Below are positions 46,338 to 58,345 of a DNA stretch of 64,000 bases, one piece after another. Both the position numbers and the translations under genes were made by a program. This DNA comes from Macrostomum lignano (Eukaryota), in contig NIVC01000744.1 of assembly GCA_002269645.1 (NCBI GenBank), forward strand, positions 1 through 64,000, written 5' to 3'. The stretch's first letter is position 1. Each line of letters begins with the position of its first letter. The notes beneath the pieces were generated by a model that was not told the origin of the DNA, did not search any database, and saw nothing but the letters and a program-made list of their open reading frames with translations.

Positions 46338-47819
46338 TCACTCGGTAGATGACCTGTCAACCAGTACATTTATTGGATCCGAGATTTGCTTCTGCCCGTC
46401 AATTCCTTCTGGATTCAAAATTTTGCGTAGAAGATCCCGCATCTGGAGCTTCCTCTGCTTTGATCGTCCATATTTCTCAGCCTCTGCATTGTCCAAAGCG
46501 TACCGCAGTTCGAACACCATCTCGGTGCGCATTAAGTACACGGTGCCCTTCTTCAGATCTTTTACAATCTCTGAAAACTCTTTGTGTCGCTCGCAATTTT
46601 TATTAGAGCTAAATCTACCTCTGACCTGCACTTTTTGAACTGGATTGTCAATGCAGAAATCGCAGTTGCAGTTGTGCAGCAGGATGTTGGCTGATTTTGA
46701 TTTTGATTCGAATCTCATCGCCTTTTTCTCCGCATTCCACAAAGAACTCTGATTCTTTCCAGCCGTGTCGAAGAACTTTGGGCAGCAAAAGCAGACGCTC
46801 TTTACGCTGACTTTTGCTACAGACTTGCGACTGCTGTCCTCAATACTGAAGTCGAATTGTTTTGTAACACAGCGATACCGGAATTTCTTATCAAAGTAGT
46901 ATTCTTCGTGAAAGCACAGTCGGCTTAGAGCAAAAAACTCACCGAGAAGCGCGGGAAGGTTATCTCGGTTATTTTTGCTACTATTGAGGAACATTTCAAC
47001 GAAACAGGGGATCTCGACTGCAAGGCGTTTGGACTCTAGGAATGCATCAGTCATTTCACTGATGATGAGGTACAGTAGGGCTGAGATTCTGCAATCCCTG
47101 TAGCCGTCTGGGACTTCCAAAATAGCCGAATGAGTTTCATTCTCTTCGTCTGGCTTTCGCTGCCTCTGCTCTTCATGCGGCTCCACCGTGTGCTCTGACT
47201 GCTGCTGGCTCTGCTCTGCATGCGACTCCACCGTGTGCTCTGACTGCTGCTGGCTCTGCTCTGCATGCGACTCCTCCGTGTGCTCTGACTGCTGCAGGCT
47301 CTGCTCTTCATGCGACTCCTCCGTGTGCTCTGACTGCTGCAGGCTCTGCTCTGCATGCGACTCCTCCGTGTGCTCTGACTGCTGCAGGCTCTGCTCTGCA
47401 TGCGACTCCACCGTGTGCTCTGACTGCTGCTGGCCGGCCTTGCCAGTCTGGGAATGCATCAACCACAGACGCACGGAATCGTGGGTTCCATTTTGTCCCT
47501 TCAAAAGTAAATTTGAATCTACCGTCTGCAGGCATCGCAGCAGTGGTCGGCCGAAGTTTTGCTTGCTCAGTTCCTTACAATCACCTTCGCAGGCTCTCGT
47601 GAACCTGTCAAACAGGTTTACCAGTCTATTGTAAATAGCCTGTTGAGAATCTTTGAGGCAAGCATAGAGAAGTACTTCAATGGCGACGCGTCTAGTGAAG
47701 TATAATCGATCAGTAAAGTTCTCTGGCTCAAAGTTTAATTTTTTCAGCTCTGAAATTGTTTTTAAATCTAACTTGGCTTGAATTTGCCGTGCAACACTAG
47801 AAGCCTGTGCTAAATTCAT
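46338..47819 (-). CDS. Orphan intronless 493-aa ORF with an internal 14-aa (42-bp) repeat and a Cys-rich C-terminal half
   Basis: Long stop-free ORF in AT-rich sequence. QQSEHTEESHAEQSL repeats x~6 (47180-47430). CFCC, CNCDFC and C..H clusters. No family recognised. Confidence 0.6.
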   Translation of the reverse strand: MNLAQASSVARQIQAKLDLKTISELKKLNFEPENFTDRLYFTRRVAIEVLLYACLKDSQQAIYNRLVNLFDRFTRACEGDCKELSKQNFGRPLLRCLQTVDSNLLLKGQNGTHDSVRLWLMHSQTGKAGQQQSEHTVESHAEQSLQQSEHTEESHAEQSLQQSEHTEESHEEQSLQQSEHTEESHAEQSQQQSEHTVESHAEQSQQQSEHTVEPHEEQRQRKPDEENETHSAILEVPDGYRDCRISALLYLIISEMTDAFLESKRLAVEIPCFVEMFLNSSKNNRDNLPALLGEFFALSRLCFHEEYYFDKKFRYRCVTKQFDFSIEDSSRKSVAKVSVKSVCFCCPKFFDTAGKNQSSLWNAEKKAMRFESKSKSANILLHNCNCDFCIDNPVQKVQVRGRFSSNKNCERHKEFSEIVKDLKKGTVYLMRTEMVFELRYALDNAEAEKYGRSKQRKLQMRDLLRKILNPEGIDGQKQISDPINVLVDRSSTE

Positions 47820-48338
47820 CTGGGCTTTGACAATAGACAGATGAACTCGGTCCTAAAATTCAGTAGACGTCGCAGCAAAGTTGCAGTTCAACCTATGAAA
47901 ATCTTAGTAAGCAGTTTGTCGGTATACAACATTTCGAACTCTAATTCAGTGCCTTGCTTGGGTGCTTCAATGTACACAACTAAACTCTGTACAGTTAGCC
48001 ATGGCATGTGCAATGTTCTTTTGCAACTTTTCACTGCCTAATGCTAAAGCTATCTATAGAGGACGTAATAGGCGGAAATTTTGGATCCAATGAAATGGCG
48101 ATACAGCGATTTCATGCGCCTCTATCCCCTGGCCAGTGAGCGTTTCACATTCTGGATCGGAAAAACTTCGCGCATACCCGCGTAGCTTTTATTGGCAGGA
48201 CAGTGCTGAGCTGATAGTCCCTAGTTAGCTGCTGAGAATTTGAGAGCTTAAACTTACAACAGTTACAGCAATTACATAACGTAGAAAAAATCATATTCAA
48301 AAAAGCATTGAAGCGACAAGGCTACAGAGAATTTAGGG

Positions 48339-49443
48339 ATGGCACTACAGCCATTATACAGCGAAGGATTTACCAAAGTTCTCGAATCATGTAAAATCAT
48401 TTTAGGAGAGTTGTCCCCAGAGCTGAGGCAGCCGGTCAAAAATCATGACGGGCCGTCGCTGAAGCTGTCTATAAAAGAAGACGATTCTCAGAGAGCAGTG
48501 CATCAGAGCAAAGAATCTTTCCACCTATTTTTTCGTAGAAGAGACGCTAATCAGAGCTCGCCAAGTCGACCAAGTTTGCAAACAAGGGATCACTCGCTGC
48601 TGTGGAATCCGGCACAATTTCCGATCACAGTAGAGATAAATGGATTCGCCTGTCATACCGAGGCTTGACTGCGTGTTCGTACCTTGTCGCTCCACGCTAC
48701 ACGTGCTGGACTCATTGCGTCGCCATGAGAAGTAGGTTCATTGTTTTATTTTAGTATTTCACAATTCACTCAAGCTTTATTGAGTCTAAGACAGGATATG
48801 GACGAGACTCTCCACACTAATTTTAGGACCGAAAAATCTGCAGTAACCACTGTCAAATCTGCGACCAAATTTTCTCTAAATCTGGTCAGTGCTTATGTCA
48901 CGAGCTAGTACATTCTTACCCACTGACCATGCAGATGTTGATATTTTCGAAAGTCGCATGTTTTCTTGACCTTGAGCTCATGTTATCTCATTATTGAAAT
49001 ATTTTTTTCATTTACAGACCAGCATTCCTGCCGGCAGTCAACAAGACTCCAAAGGCAAACGTGAAGATGCTGATTTCTTATTCCGAGAAGAATTTTGGGA
49101 GGCCATTCTGGCTGGGGAACTGGAAAGGGTAAGAGAGCTTCTCGGGTGTTCAACCGCGGAATCCATCGACACCGATGTCAAGTTCTCTCTGCTTCTGCTT
49201 GCTGTTGAGGAAGGCATGAGTGATATTGTCAAGCTGCTGCTCAAGAAAGGATACCCGGGCTGCTCCGAACAGATGGGGCCAATCGAGCTCAGAATTCTAG
49301 ACGGTGCTTTGGAGTCCTGCGATCTGGAAACTCTCAAGCTGCTCATCGGTCAACAGACGAAGCTGTTCGATGCAGACAGGCAGGAGTTTAAGCGGCTGTC
49401 AGTGAAACCTCGCGACTTAGGCCACCGGTTTGTCTATTCTTAA
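48339..49443 (+). CDS. Possible exons of an ankyrin-repeat protein gene (fragment)
   Basis: An exon starting after the acceptor TTTACAG at 49017 encodes FWEAILAGELERVRELL and LLLLAVEEGMSDIVKLLLKKG (ankyrin-like). The upstream ORF 48339-48668 may be exon 1, but its donor is unresolved. Confidence 0.4.
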
Positions 49444-50058
49444 TATTTTACTGGATTATCTTGGTAGGTTGCTGCCACCCGGCTCCTGATGTTCCCTAAT
49501 CCTAGTATGTAGTAAAGAACCGATTCCAGGAAACCAATGTAATATTCTTAAGCTTAACAGAAATTTATAAAATATGACAATTGAAAAAATGTTATTGCAC
49601 AAAAGTGGTTTCTTTACATTAAATTCCTCTTTTTTAAGTGCTTGGGCCAAACTCCCAGTTTTAGAGGCAAGACACCTCTTAGTGCGGTTCTAAGTTTTAT
49701 TTCCCTATTCCCCCTTGCCTTAAACTTTCTTAAATTTCTGAGGTTGAGCTACGCGGCATGGAGGTTTCTTTCCCGAGAGCACAACTGCTCTTCACTTATT
49801 TGGAAGCTCGAAATTCGCGATCTACCCCCGCCACAAATATTTCCCCACCTACTTACTTACTGACGGGGGGCGCCAATATTTCCCCACAATTATTTTTAAC
49901 GTAATGAACCGCGAAAATTACGCATTCTATTTTGAAGGTGTTTTTGCTCTGATTAGTTAGTCCTCTTGCTAAAAAAACTTTTATTTTGCCTTTTGCTTCT
50001 GCCTTAATAAAGAAATTTTTGCTTTAAACTGTACGCCATTTAGCATTAAAAACCTATA

Positions 50059-51365
50059 CGAGGGATACTCTAAAAGTTTTGCAATTCAACTATTTAAAGT
50101 TAATTTTGCCAAACTTTTCTATTACAATCCTTCAAAGTAGGCTCCCCGGAACTGCAAACACTTGTGCGTCGTCCGAGCCACTTGTTCATCAAGCCCTGGA
50201 AGTCTTCAATTGGGATGCCGTCAATCGCCTCCTTCGCCGCCTGCTCCAGCTCCTCGTCGGACTGAAACCTGTGCCCCCTAAGCGACTTTTTGATTTCTGG
50301 AAAGAGCCAGAAGTCGCAGGGGGCGAGGTCTGGTGAGTAGGGCGGGTGTGGTAGTGTTGAAATGCCCTCTTGGTCCAGGAACGCTCGAGTTGCAGCAGCC
50401 GTGTGGGCGGGGGCGTTGTCATGGTGAAGTTTCTGCCCTCGCATTCCCGTCCTTGGCGCCCTCTGGGTCACGCTGTCGATCACGACTGGCAAGCACTCTT
50501 CAGTGTACCATCGAGCAGTGACTGTAGCTTGACCCTCCAGCTTCACCATCGCCACCACGCCTTGTGAGTCGAAGAAGATGGCAAACATCCGCTTGCCCTG
50601 GGACCGGGACCGCCTTGCTTTCAGGGGTCGTTGACCACCTTTCGGCACCCACTCTGCACTGCTGCGCTTTGTCTCGACGTCAAAATGATAGAGAAACGTC
50701 TCATCACCAGTGATGACCTCAGAGCGGCGCTGATGGCTCCCGTGCTCATATCGATCGATGAGAAACTGACAGAACTCCCTGCGGGCCTGTTTCTGAGCAT
50801 CTGTCAGGATGTGGGGTATCCATCGGGCACAAAGCTTCCTGACTCTCAGGTGATCGTGTAGAATCGTATCGACCGCTGCCGATCCAATGCCGACATTCAT
50901 AGCTAGCATGTCCGTGGTGATTCGCGGATCCTGATGAATCGGCTCCTGCACTGCAGCGATGTTTTCCTCCGTCGCTGCTGTCGGAGGTCTCCCGGGCCGG
51001 GGGTCGTCAGAAAAGCTGGTCCTGCCGGCCTGGAACTCGCGGTACCAGCGTGTAACCGTAGCATATGACGGCGCTTGAGCCTCCAATGTTGCTAGTAGCT
51101 CGGCATGAGTCTCAAGCGCCGTGAGCTTTCGCTTGTGGCAGTACCAAATTAGTAGCCGATTCTGCTCACGATTCAATTCCATGGCTGCAGCTGTACAGTT
51201 AAGGAGTCTCTGACTTTGACTGGGGGCTGAGCAGGCGTATATGTATGAATTCACTTGAAAATTGAGGTGGGGACTATGTACATGTTTATTGTACAGAGAG
51301 TTGGTTTTGAAGATTGTGCGACTTGCGCAAGTGGTTGAATTGCAAAACTTTTGGAGTATCCCTCG
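50059..51365 (-). mobile_element. Full-length mariner (Tc1/mariner DD34D) transposon, 1307 bp
   Basis: 32-bp TIRs CGAGGGATACTC(T/C)AAAAGTTTTGCAATTCAAC (50059-50090 / 51334-51365), with TA on both sides. Confidence 0.95.
50100..51182 (-). CDS. Mariner transposase (starts MELNREQ; 1-nt frameshift near the C-terminus, ~50168)
   Basis: WIPHIL, ITGDET, HHDNAPAH, YSPDLAPCDF, with 34 residues between D2 and D3. The conserved KCLQFRGAYFE tail is in another frame. Confidence 0.93.
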   Translation of the reverse strand: MELNREQNRLLIWYCHKRKLTALETHAELLATLEAQAPSYATVTRWYREFQAGRTSFSDDPRPGRPPTAATEENIAAVQEPIHQDPRITTDMLAMNVGIGSAAVDTILHDHLRVRKLCARWIPHILTDAQKQARREFCQFLIDRYEHGSHQRRSEVITGDETFLYHFDVETKRSSAEWVPKGGQRPLKARRSRSQGKRMFAIFFDSQGVVAMVKLEGQATVTARWYTEECLPVVIDSVTQRAPRTGMRGQKLHHDNAPAHTAAATRAFLDQEGISTLPHPPYSPDLAPCDFWLFPEIKKSLRGHRFQSDEELEQAAKEAIDGIPIEDFQGLMNKWLGRRTSVCSSGEPTLKDCNRKVWQN

Positions 51366-51921
51366 TATATACGCTCGTACCAGCAGAATATACGATAAAC
51401 GACACAACTTGCGTCCTGGCATAATTGCTATTCGGCCTCTGCTGAGCGCCTATCCCGTTCTTAAAATATCAACTGAATCAGAATCCCTCATTTATAGTTA
51501 TACATGTAGCCTTTCCATCCGTAGAATGTGCTGTTCAATAGGGGCGTTGCTGCCTCTTCCCGTTTCCACAAGAACGTTTTGTACAATTAGAGACGTGCTG
51601 TCTCTTTTCTCCTCTGGACGTACAGTCCTTCCTCGAGGCTTCTTGCCTTATCCCCTTCCCTAGCTCATAGAATTCTATGATTCAATATTCAAATATTATG
51701 AATAGAAGATGCCTCGGTCCCGAGCGGCGTTAACTCTGAATTTTGGAAGAGTGTGGTCTCAGAACCGTTAAAACTTGTGTCCCATAGTTTGTTTGAATTA
51801 CAAGAAGATAACGAATTATAAACGGTCAACCGCGATCTCGGTTGTGGTTCTGAGTCAAATAACTAACATCAGTGCTAGTGAGATCAAGAGGGACTTACAC
51901 TCCTTTCATGAGGAACGAATC

Positions 51922-52420
51922 AATAAAATACCTACGCGAGCATTCGGGAGCTGTTATTTAGCTTGAAAACAGATTCCATTTTTCATCTTCAGGGATGAGG
52001 CCCTGGGCTGGATTATTAATTCCAGCTGATTAAAGAGTAAAGTCCCACGAAGCGGTCCAAGTCACTGCAAACAGGTATAGGTATTGTGAAAGATTTAATT
52101 TCTACTACTGACTGAGAGAAGTAGACGAATAAAGATTTGAATTGTAAAATCTCTCGCACAGGCCGAATAAGTTTCGCCATAAAATAAACGCTTTGCACCC
52201 TTGGAGCGGTGTGAGAGGACGGCATGTGGCTGCAGAAGCTACTGGCGAAGGAAAACTCGATCTGCCTGCGCGAGATTCCACCACGACTTTTAGTGCGTCA
52301 CAGGCCCCATCGTTCCGAAATTTGGAAAACTTGAACAAAAATCATGTTAAACACGAGCGTATAATGTAAGCTTAGTGCTGGAATATTTCCTCTATCAGAT
52401 ACAGACGCTTAACCATAGAA
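51922..52420 (+). repeat. Dispersed ~500-bp repeat, copy 2
   Basis: Same orientation as 41378-41920. Confidence 0.85.
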
Positions 52421-53691
52421 ACAAATACGAGCGTACGAGTATGTGGATATTATTCCGACAACAGCTGTGTTCGGAGTAGTCCGTCCCTTGCTTACGCCAT
52501 CAAGATTTCCAATTCTATTTATTACAAGCTAAATTACAAATGAGCCTTTAGCAGTAGCAATGTCTCAAATCAGAAATCTATTGTATAATTGACAGTTGAT
52601 TCCTGAATTTTTTCATGCCTGTTCATTGTTTTGCTGCAGACAATTCCCGATTGACTTTAGATGACTTCGGATTGGCACAATGGCCAACGCTCAAGCAGGT
52701 TCCCACTGTCAAATAACTCAGTACACGTGTGTCTGTCGCCAATCTGGAAGGAAACATCTGAAGGTTACATTTGTCGCTCAACACTGAAGCCGAGTCTCGA
52801 TGAGCCGCAGAAATTCCTCACCTGCTGGATTCCTTTAACTACGCTCGTAAAAAGCCTCTAAAAAACCAGCCCCGTAGCAAACCATGTCATAGCGTGGGAA
52901 TTTTCCTAGAGCTCCAGCTCTCTTGAGAGCTCTTTCGGTGGATAATAAGACTGACAGCCTGTCAACTCAATAAAAATCTTGAAGCATGTTGGAATAGAGC
53001 TAATGAATCATAAATTACAGTTTTGCACGCAAAAAAAATCTATTTTATATTGAGGTTCCAAGCATCAGATATTGATTAAATACAATAAGCTATTTTTCCA
53101 TACTTATTAATTTCATCAAACACAGACAATAGGTTAAAAACTCAGGTACCATTGCACAAAACCCCATGGCCCAGGTCCGTACGTTGTTGGTCCCACAACC
53201 CCAGAGAGCAAAAATGTATCCGTTTCTACGAGTATGAGCAACTTTATTTATTCATAGCCTGCATGGATGATGCAGAAATACGTTGTATTTCTCTTACATA
53301 CGGCTCGTATTTTCAGATTGCACACTCAGTTTTAATCCAGCGACATATCCAATATTTAAGTACATTTGGCTTCCGGTAAAGGCAGTGATAGTTTATGCAG
53401 TAAAATGAATTTTATATTTCACAGTTTTACTCGTACCAGAGCTTTTTATGTTTTTAATGCTCGTTCTGGAATAGCAACTGCAGCTAAGTAAAAAAACGAC
53501 CCCAAAATAAAAAATCTTCTTTTGAAGATGCTTGGGCAAGGTTAAGAGCTTGAATCTTAATTAAGTAGTTAGAAAATTTATTTCGGTTTGAATGTTTAAA
53601 CTCTTGCTCCATAGTTTAGGAATAAAAAGTTCGTTTTTAGTAAGTTTGTTTTCGATGTCATTTCCGCGCTGTTTCGTCTTCAATTCTTCCA

Positions 53692-54856
53692 TCACAGGCT
53701 GCACACATTCCGCAGCTGGTCGAACTGGGCCGCATCGAGGTTGCCAGTCAGCAGAGCCCAGCACTGCAGCCAGCCGTCGAACGGTTGGATTGCGGCTGAC
53801 ATGCAGCTGCCAATCAGAAGGTTGTTGTGGACGTTGATAAAATTGCCTCCAAACACACTGGTCGATGTATCGATGGAATTTATCATGGACCCATTGTAGT
53901 AGGCGTTGAATACGAAGTCCGTGCCTCCAAAGTTGATTCCAAAGCTCATCAGCCGCTCGACTGAGTCTCCAGCACAGCCACTTGACCAGGTCTTGCTAAT
54001 GTAAGTTCCAGAAGTAAACTGGACCCTAGCTTTGATGTTGCCGTCGCTCTTAATGTACAAATCAGTCGGATTTGTTGGGTTGTTGACATCGAGAAAAGAG
54101 CTGATGCACTTGTCGCTGAAACATTGTACAGGTGGTCGAAGTTTGATAAATTAAATTCTTGCTTGGACTTGAGCGCAATTATTCAGTCACATACTCGTAC
54201 ATAAATACTCACACAGAGTTGCAGGAAAACTTTCCCTGAAAGAACATGCTGTACTGCTTCCCAAATGCAAAATATTTGCTGAATTCGGCAGTCGAGACTT
54301 TCACGTAGGAGCCGCTCGAGCCCTGCAGACGAACTCCGTCGACTGGACTCTGCTCGGTGACGTTCACTGGTTCCGCCTGGTAAACTGATTGGTTGACGAA
54401 GTTTTTGAAGCTCTTCTTGAAGTTGTACCACAGCACGAAATTCGAGGACAAGTTCTGGATGACCGAAGCTTCCGACAGCGAGCTCGCAGGAGTGGCAGAA
54501 GTTGGCGCGCTCGGACCTACGGTGACTGGATTCGACGGCGCTGTTTCAGAAGCCAGCAGTTTTCTCCTAGCGACCATCCGGGACCCGCAGCTGCCGGTCG
54601 ATGTCGGCATCGCAGACAGCCTGTAGCAGACGGCCCTGTCTGTCAGGTACACAGACAGGCGACACTCGCTGCTGAGAGTGCAGAGCAGCGAGCACTCGGG
54701 CTCACTTTGGGCGGCCACAGCCTCAGCATCCACAGGCTCGGTGGGACAGTCGCTGGTCAGCAACTCAAACACTGCGGAGCCGTGCTCGAGTGCCACCGAC
54801 TGGCACAGCACCAGCGAAAAAGCACAGGCAGTGAGCCAAATGACGGATGACTTCAT
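53692..54856 (-). CDS. Secreted PAN/apple + LamG/concanavalin-like protein, copy A (exons 54856-54213, 54115-53692; 355 aa)
   Basis: Signal peptide. PAN-like SEPECSLLCTLSSECRLSVY..CY. Ser/Thr/Pro linker. LamG-like LWYNF, FNAYYNG, LLIG..FDGWLQCWALL. The GTGAGT/TTTCAG phase-2 intron joins the two ORFs. Confidence 0.8.
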
Positions 54857-55989
54857 TTTTGGATCTGGCTTAGAATTTCAAGAACGGTGTGTAGGAAGTG
54901 ACGCCTTTAGGAATTTATCCAGACTTTATCTTATTGGAAAGATATCTTGTGGGAGACAAGTAAATTTTGCGTCGCATGTGATTGGAGGAGAAATTCCGGC
55001 ATTAATGGTTGCATTGTGGTTGCTATGCAGGAAATCGTGAGCCATCGCTACCAATACTCATCCGTATGTTGCTTTTGTTAGAGCTGAGACATATTTTATC
55101 TTCTTAGGGAATGTATAGAAGTTCTTCACTTCTTTTTTCATGCGGCGTTGCAGCTTGGGTGACATCTTCAGAACAATGAGCTCGGTTTTTTTCAAATAGA
55201 GTTCAAGGATGGGGATGGGCACAAAAATAGAAAAGAATGGATTCTATGAAGTAAAAACACTTTAACGCAGTGTAAGTCTAGTAAAATATATTTCTGATGT
55301 CTTAGTCTTCCGCAGGCTTTACTGGAAAAAAATATTTTCGTCGGAGGTCCTGCGACTCTGGCGGTGTCAAGGGAAGACAATGCGGCTCTCAGCTTCTTTT
55401 TAATTTCCAGTCCTATTCATAAAAATAGCCATTCTCTTGTACTCAGCATCCGAAAAAAAAACAAAATGCGTTTCAAAGGAAAAAAATGATTCCGTGAGTT
55501 GAGCATAGGTACAGGTTCAGAATATATTCTACCGGGACGTACGCTAGTATTTTTTCCACCGAAAGCAAGACTCAGAATGAGAAGTTTGACTAGAGGAGCC
55601 GCTTTGCGGGTTAAGGCATGTCGATGGATGCAGCTGGACAAAAGAATATTTCAGGAGATTTTCATGCGCTCATTCCCAATTCCAAGGCCAGCAACCGGCT
55701 GGGTGCGGATCTGGGACTGGCGGCGCGGGTTTACAATCTACTTGGTTCTCTCTTGAAACTGTCTAACGCAACTTAAAGTACTGTTTCTTCATAAACTCAA
55801 TTCCCGCCGTCTGCTGTACTCCACTAGGTGGGCAAGTGGATTTCAGCGATTGCACGTCCAACCTCTCGCGTCTAAAGTGCTATGACTTCTTCTGTGGCAG
55901 AAGGACTAAAAAGTAACGTACTCGTAATATTTGCTTTCTTAGCCGGCCTGCATCTTCTACGCTATAAGAATAGTAAGAATAGTAATAAC

Positions 55990-56210
55990 TGATTACACCT
56001 GCCCCAATTGGGCCAGTTGTGCAACTTCCAGCTCAGCCGCAGCTATTGCGCGGTGCATCTAAAGGCTGCGTACGGCTGTTCAGATCAATAACTGGTAAGA
56101 TCAATAATAGTAAGATTAGTAATATAACTGATTACACTTGCCCCAATTGGGCTAGTTGTGCAACCGACAGCTCAGCCGCAGCTATTGTGCGGTGCATCTA
56201 AAGGCTGCGC
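55990..56210 (-). mobile_element. Two tandem 5'-truncated copies of the same SINE
   Basis: CCCAATTGGGC(C/T)AGTTGTGCAAC..CAGCTCAGCCGCAGCTATTG..CGGTGCATCTAAAGGCTGCG is the reverse complement of 6600-6680. Confidence 0.75.
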
Positions 56211-56454
56211 AGGTGCAACACCTGATTTGAAGTGGTTGCATGGCTGGTACGGTAAGGACAGTAAGACATTGGTACTGAGGCTCTCAGCAAAGGTTGAGTA
56301 GCTGCCGGGCAGACAAATTCCGAATCGAGCTCGTCTTTTCTCCGAGAATTTACCGCCAGATTTTAGTTTCAAAAAACCCTTTAGGCAGTCAACAGCTGTT
56401 TTGGCATCGTTTTTCTATTTTTTAGTTTTGATTACTCCTCCTCTGAGCCTTGAG

Positions 56455-56770
56455 CACGGAGCCTCGAGTTTTGAGCACAGAATGTACAGCGGCCTCGAGT
56501 TTTGAGCACAGAATGTACAGCGGCCTCGAGTTTTGAGCACAGAATGTACAGCGGCCTCGAGTTTTGAGCACAGAATGTACTGCGGCCTCGAGTTTTGAAC
56601 ACAGAATGTACAGCGGCCTCGAGTTTTGAACACAGAATGTACAGCGGCCTCGAGTTTTGAGCACAGAATGTACTGCGGCCTCGAGTTTTGAGCACATAAT
56701 GTACAGCGGCCTCGAGTTTTGAGCACAGAATGCACATCGGCGTCGAGTTTTGAACACAGAATGCACAGCG
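56455..56770. repeat. 31-bp minisatellite x~10
   Basis: GCGGCCTCGAGTTTTGAGCACAGAATGTACA. Confidence 0.95.
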
Positions 56771-58009
56771 ATTTCCAATTTCTCAGCGACGAACGCCCGA
56801 CAGGAAGCAAAAAATTTGTCAGCCGGAAACATTTATTTGAGCTGGAGCATGTCGAATGCATTTGTTAGATAACGCTGCATAAAAACCTATATTTTGAAGA
56901 AAATTCAGCTCTTATGATTTATAACTGTAAAATTAGACAGCTCCTGAAATTCGGAGCTTGGTAGCCTTCCTTGATGAAAATTTCCATTGCTGGCCACTTT
57001 CTCGCCTGGCAACTTTCGTATGCAGCAAGCATGGCATACCCTACTCATCCACAAGAAATGAGCTCATGAAAAACTTTTTTGATGAATTGGAAATTATTCG
57101 CCTTCTAGGATTTTTTTAGAGGCAGGGGGGTTGTGTGCACCCTGGCGCACTTTAGGCGACATAGGCACACAACCGGCGAGAGGCATTACTGCCCATTCCG
57201 CCGACTCCCCTGAGCAGGCATACAAGCGCGCGGATACGTACGCAGGCACACTCACACAGGAGTGCACAGCGGCCCTAACTTTATATTATCGTTAGGCATG
57301 TACACTTCACTGCGCCTTGGGGGATTGGCTCTCAAGGCCGTTAATTGCACGAGCAGAGCCAAGCCGAGATTCCAATTCAGCCCCAAATTAATGTGGCTGC
57401 ACTTGGAATCGAGCCTGGGTCGCTGGCACACCAGAGCAGCTGCGCTACCGCTGGGCTACGGCCCCCCTACCTACTAGGATAAAATTAGTGGAATTTCTGC
57501 CAAGTCCTGAGAGCAGCATCTCAAAGTCGATTGCTACTCAAACACAGCTGGTTTCGCTACATGACAATTTCGGAATTCTCCTCAGAAATGGAAACCAATA
57601 ATTAATAGTTACTATGGGGAAACCAAAGCGATTATTTGAACAGTTTTTCCCATATCTGTTTGCCAAGCTCGCTGATAACTACCTCATAGCAGTTCAGGTC
57701 TTTTGGGAATTTTTATCGGCGCAAAACAAGCATCTGTTCGTGGTAGAATTCGCGGAAGGCCTTCAGAGCTGACTAATTGGCGATTAAATATCTATTCCGT
57801 GGTTAATGTAAAAGTATTTAATGTCATTTCACTAATTGACAATCGTATAAGAATTTTATGCTGGTGGCATCATCTTCGAAAAATTAATGATTTTTTGGTT
57901 TACATTCATTTTTTAGTTTCACTTTTTCTAGGAAAGTATTTCTAAAGTACTCGTGAGTAGAATATTTTCATTTCAGTAAGCCAACCATCAACCAGGGGCT
58001 ACTTAAGTA

Positions 58010-58345
58010 GTAGGACGGAGCACTCGAAATCATGGAAAATGTTTTGAAGGCCACTTTTCGCCGAAAAACACACTACGGAGATAGGAAGTTTTCATTTTTC
58101 AGCACAAAAATTGCTCTTGCTTTCGATAGGAGGCAGACTCAATGTTCATCTTTTGATGAAATATGTTCATTGGTTTTATGAATCTATTTTTTCATTCTTA
58201 GCTGACTGTGTAACAATATTTGTAACAGAAATTATGCATAAAATCGATTCGTAAAAATTTCTGATCGAACAGTGCAAGTCTCATGAAAATCGGTTAAGCC
58301 ATTCGGGAGATAATCGATTGCGCACAAACATACAAGATTTTCATT
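58010..58345 (+). mobile_element. Possible non-autonomous Helitron/HINE-like fragment
   Basis: CATGAAAATCGGTTAAGCCATTCGGGAGATAA..ACAAACATACAA..TTTTAGTATATAGGA resembles invertebrate Helitron-like 3' ends as I remember them. Not verified. Confidence 0.35.
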
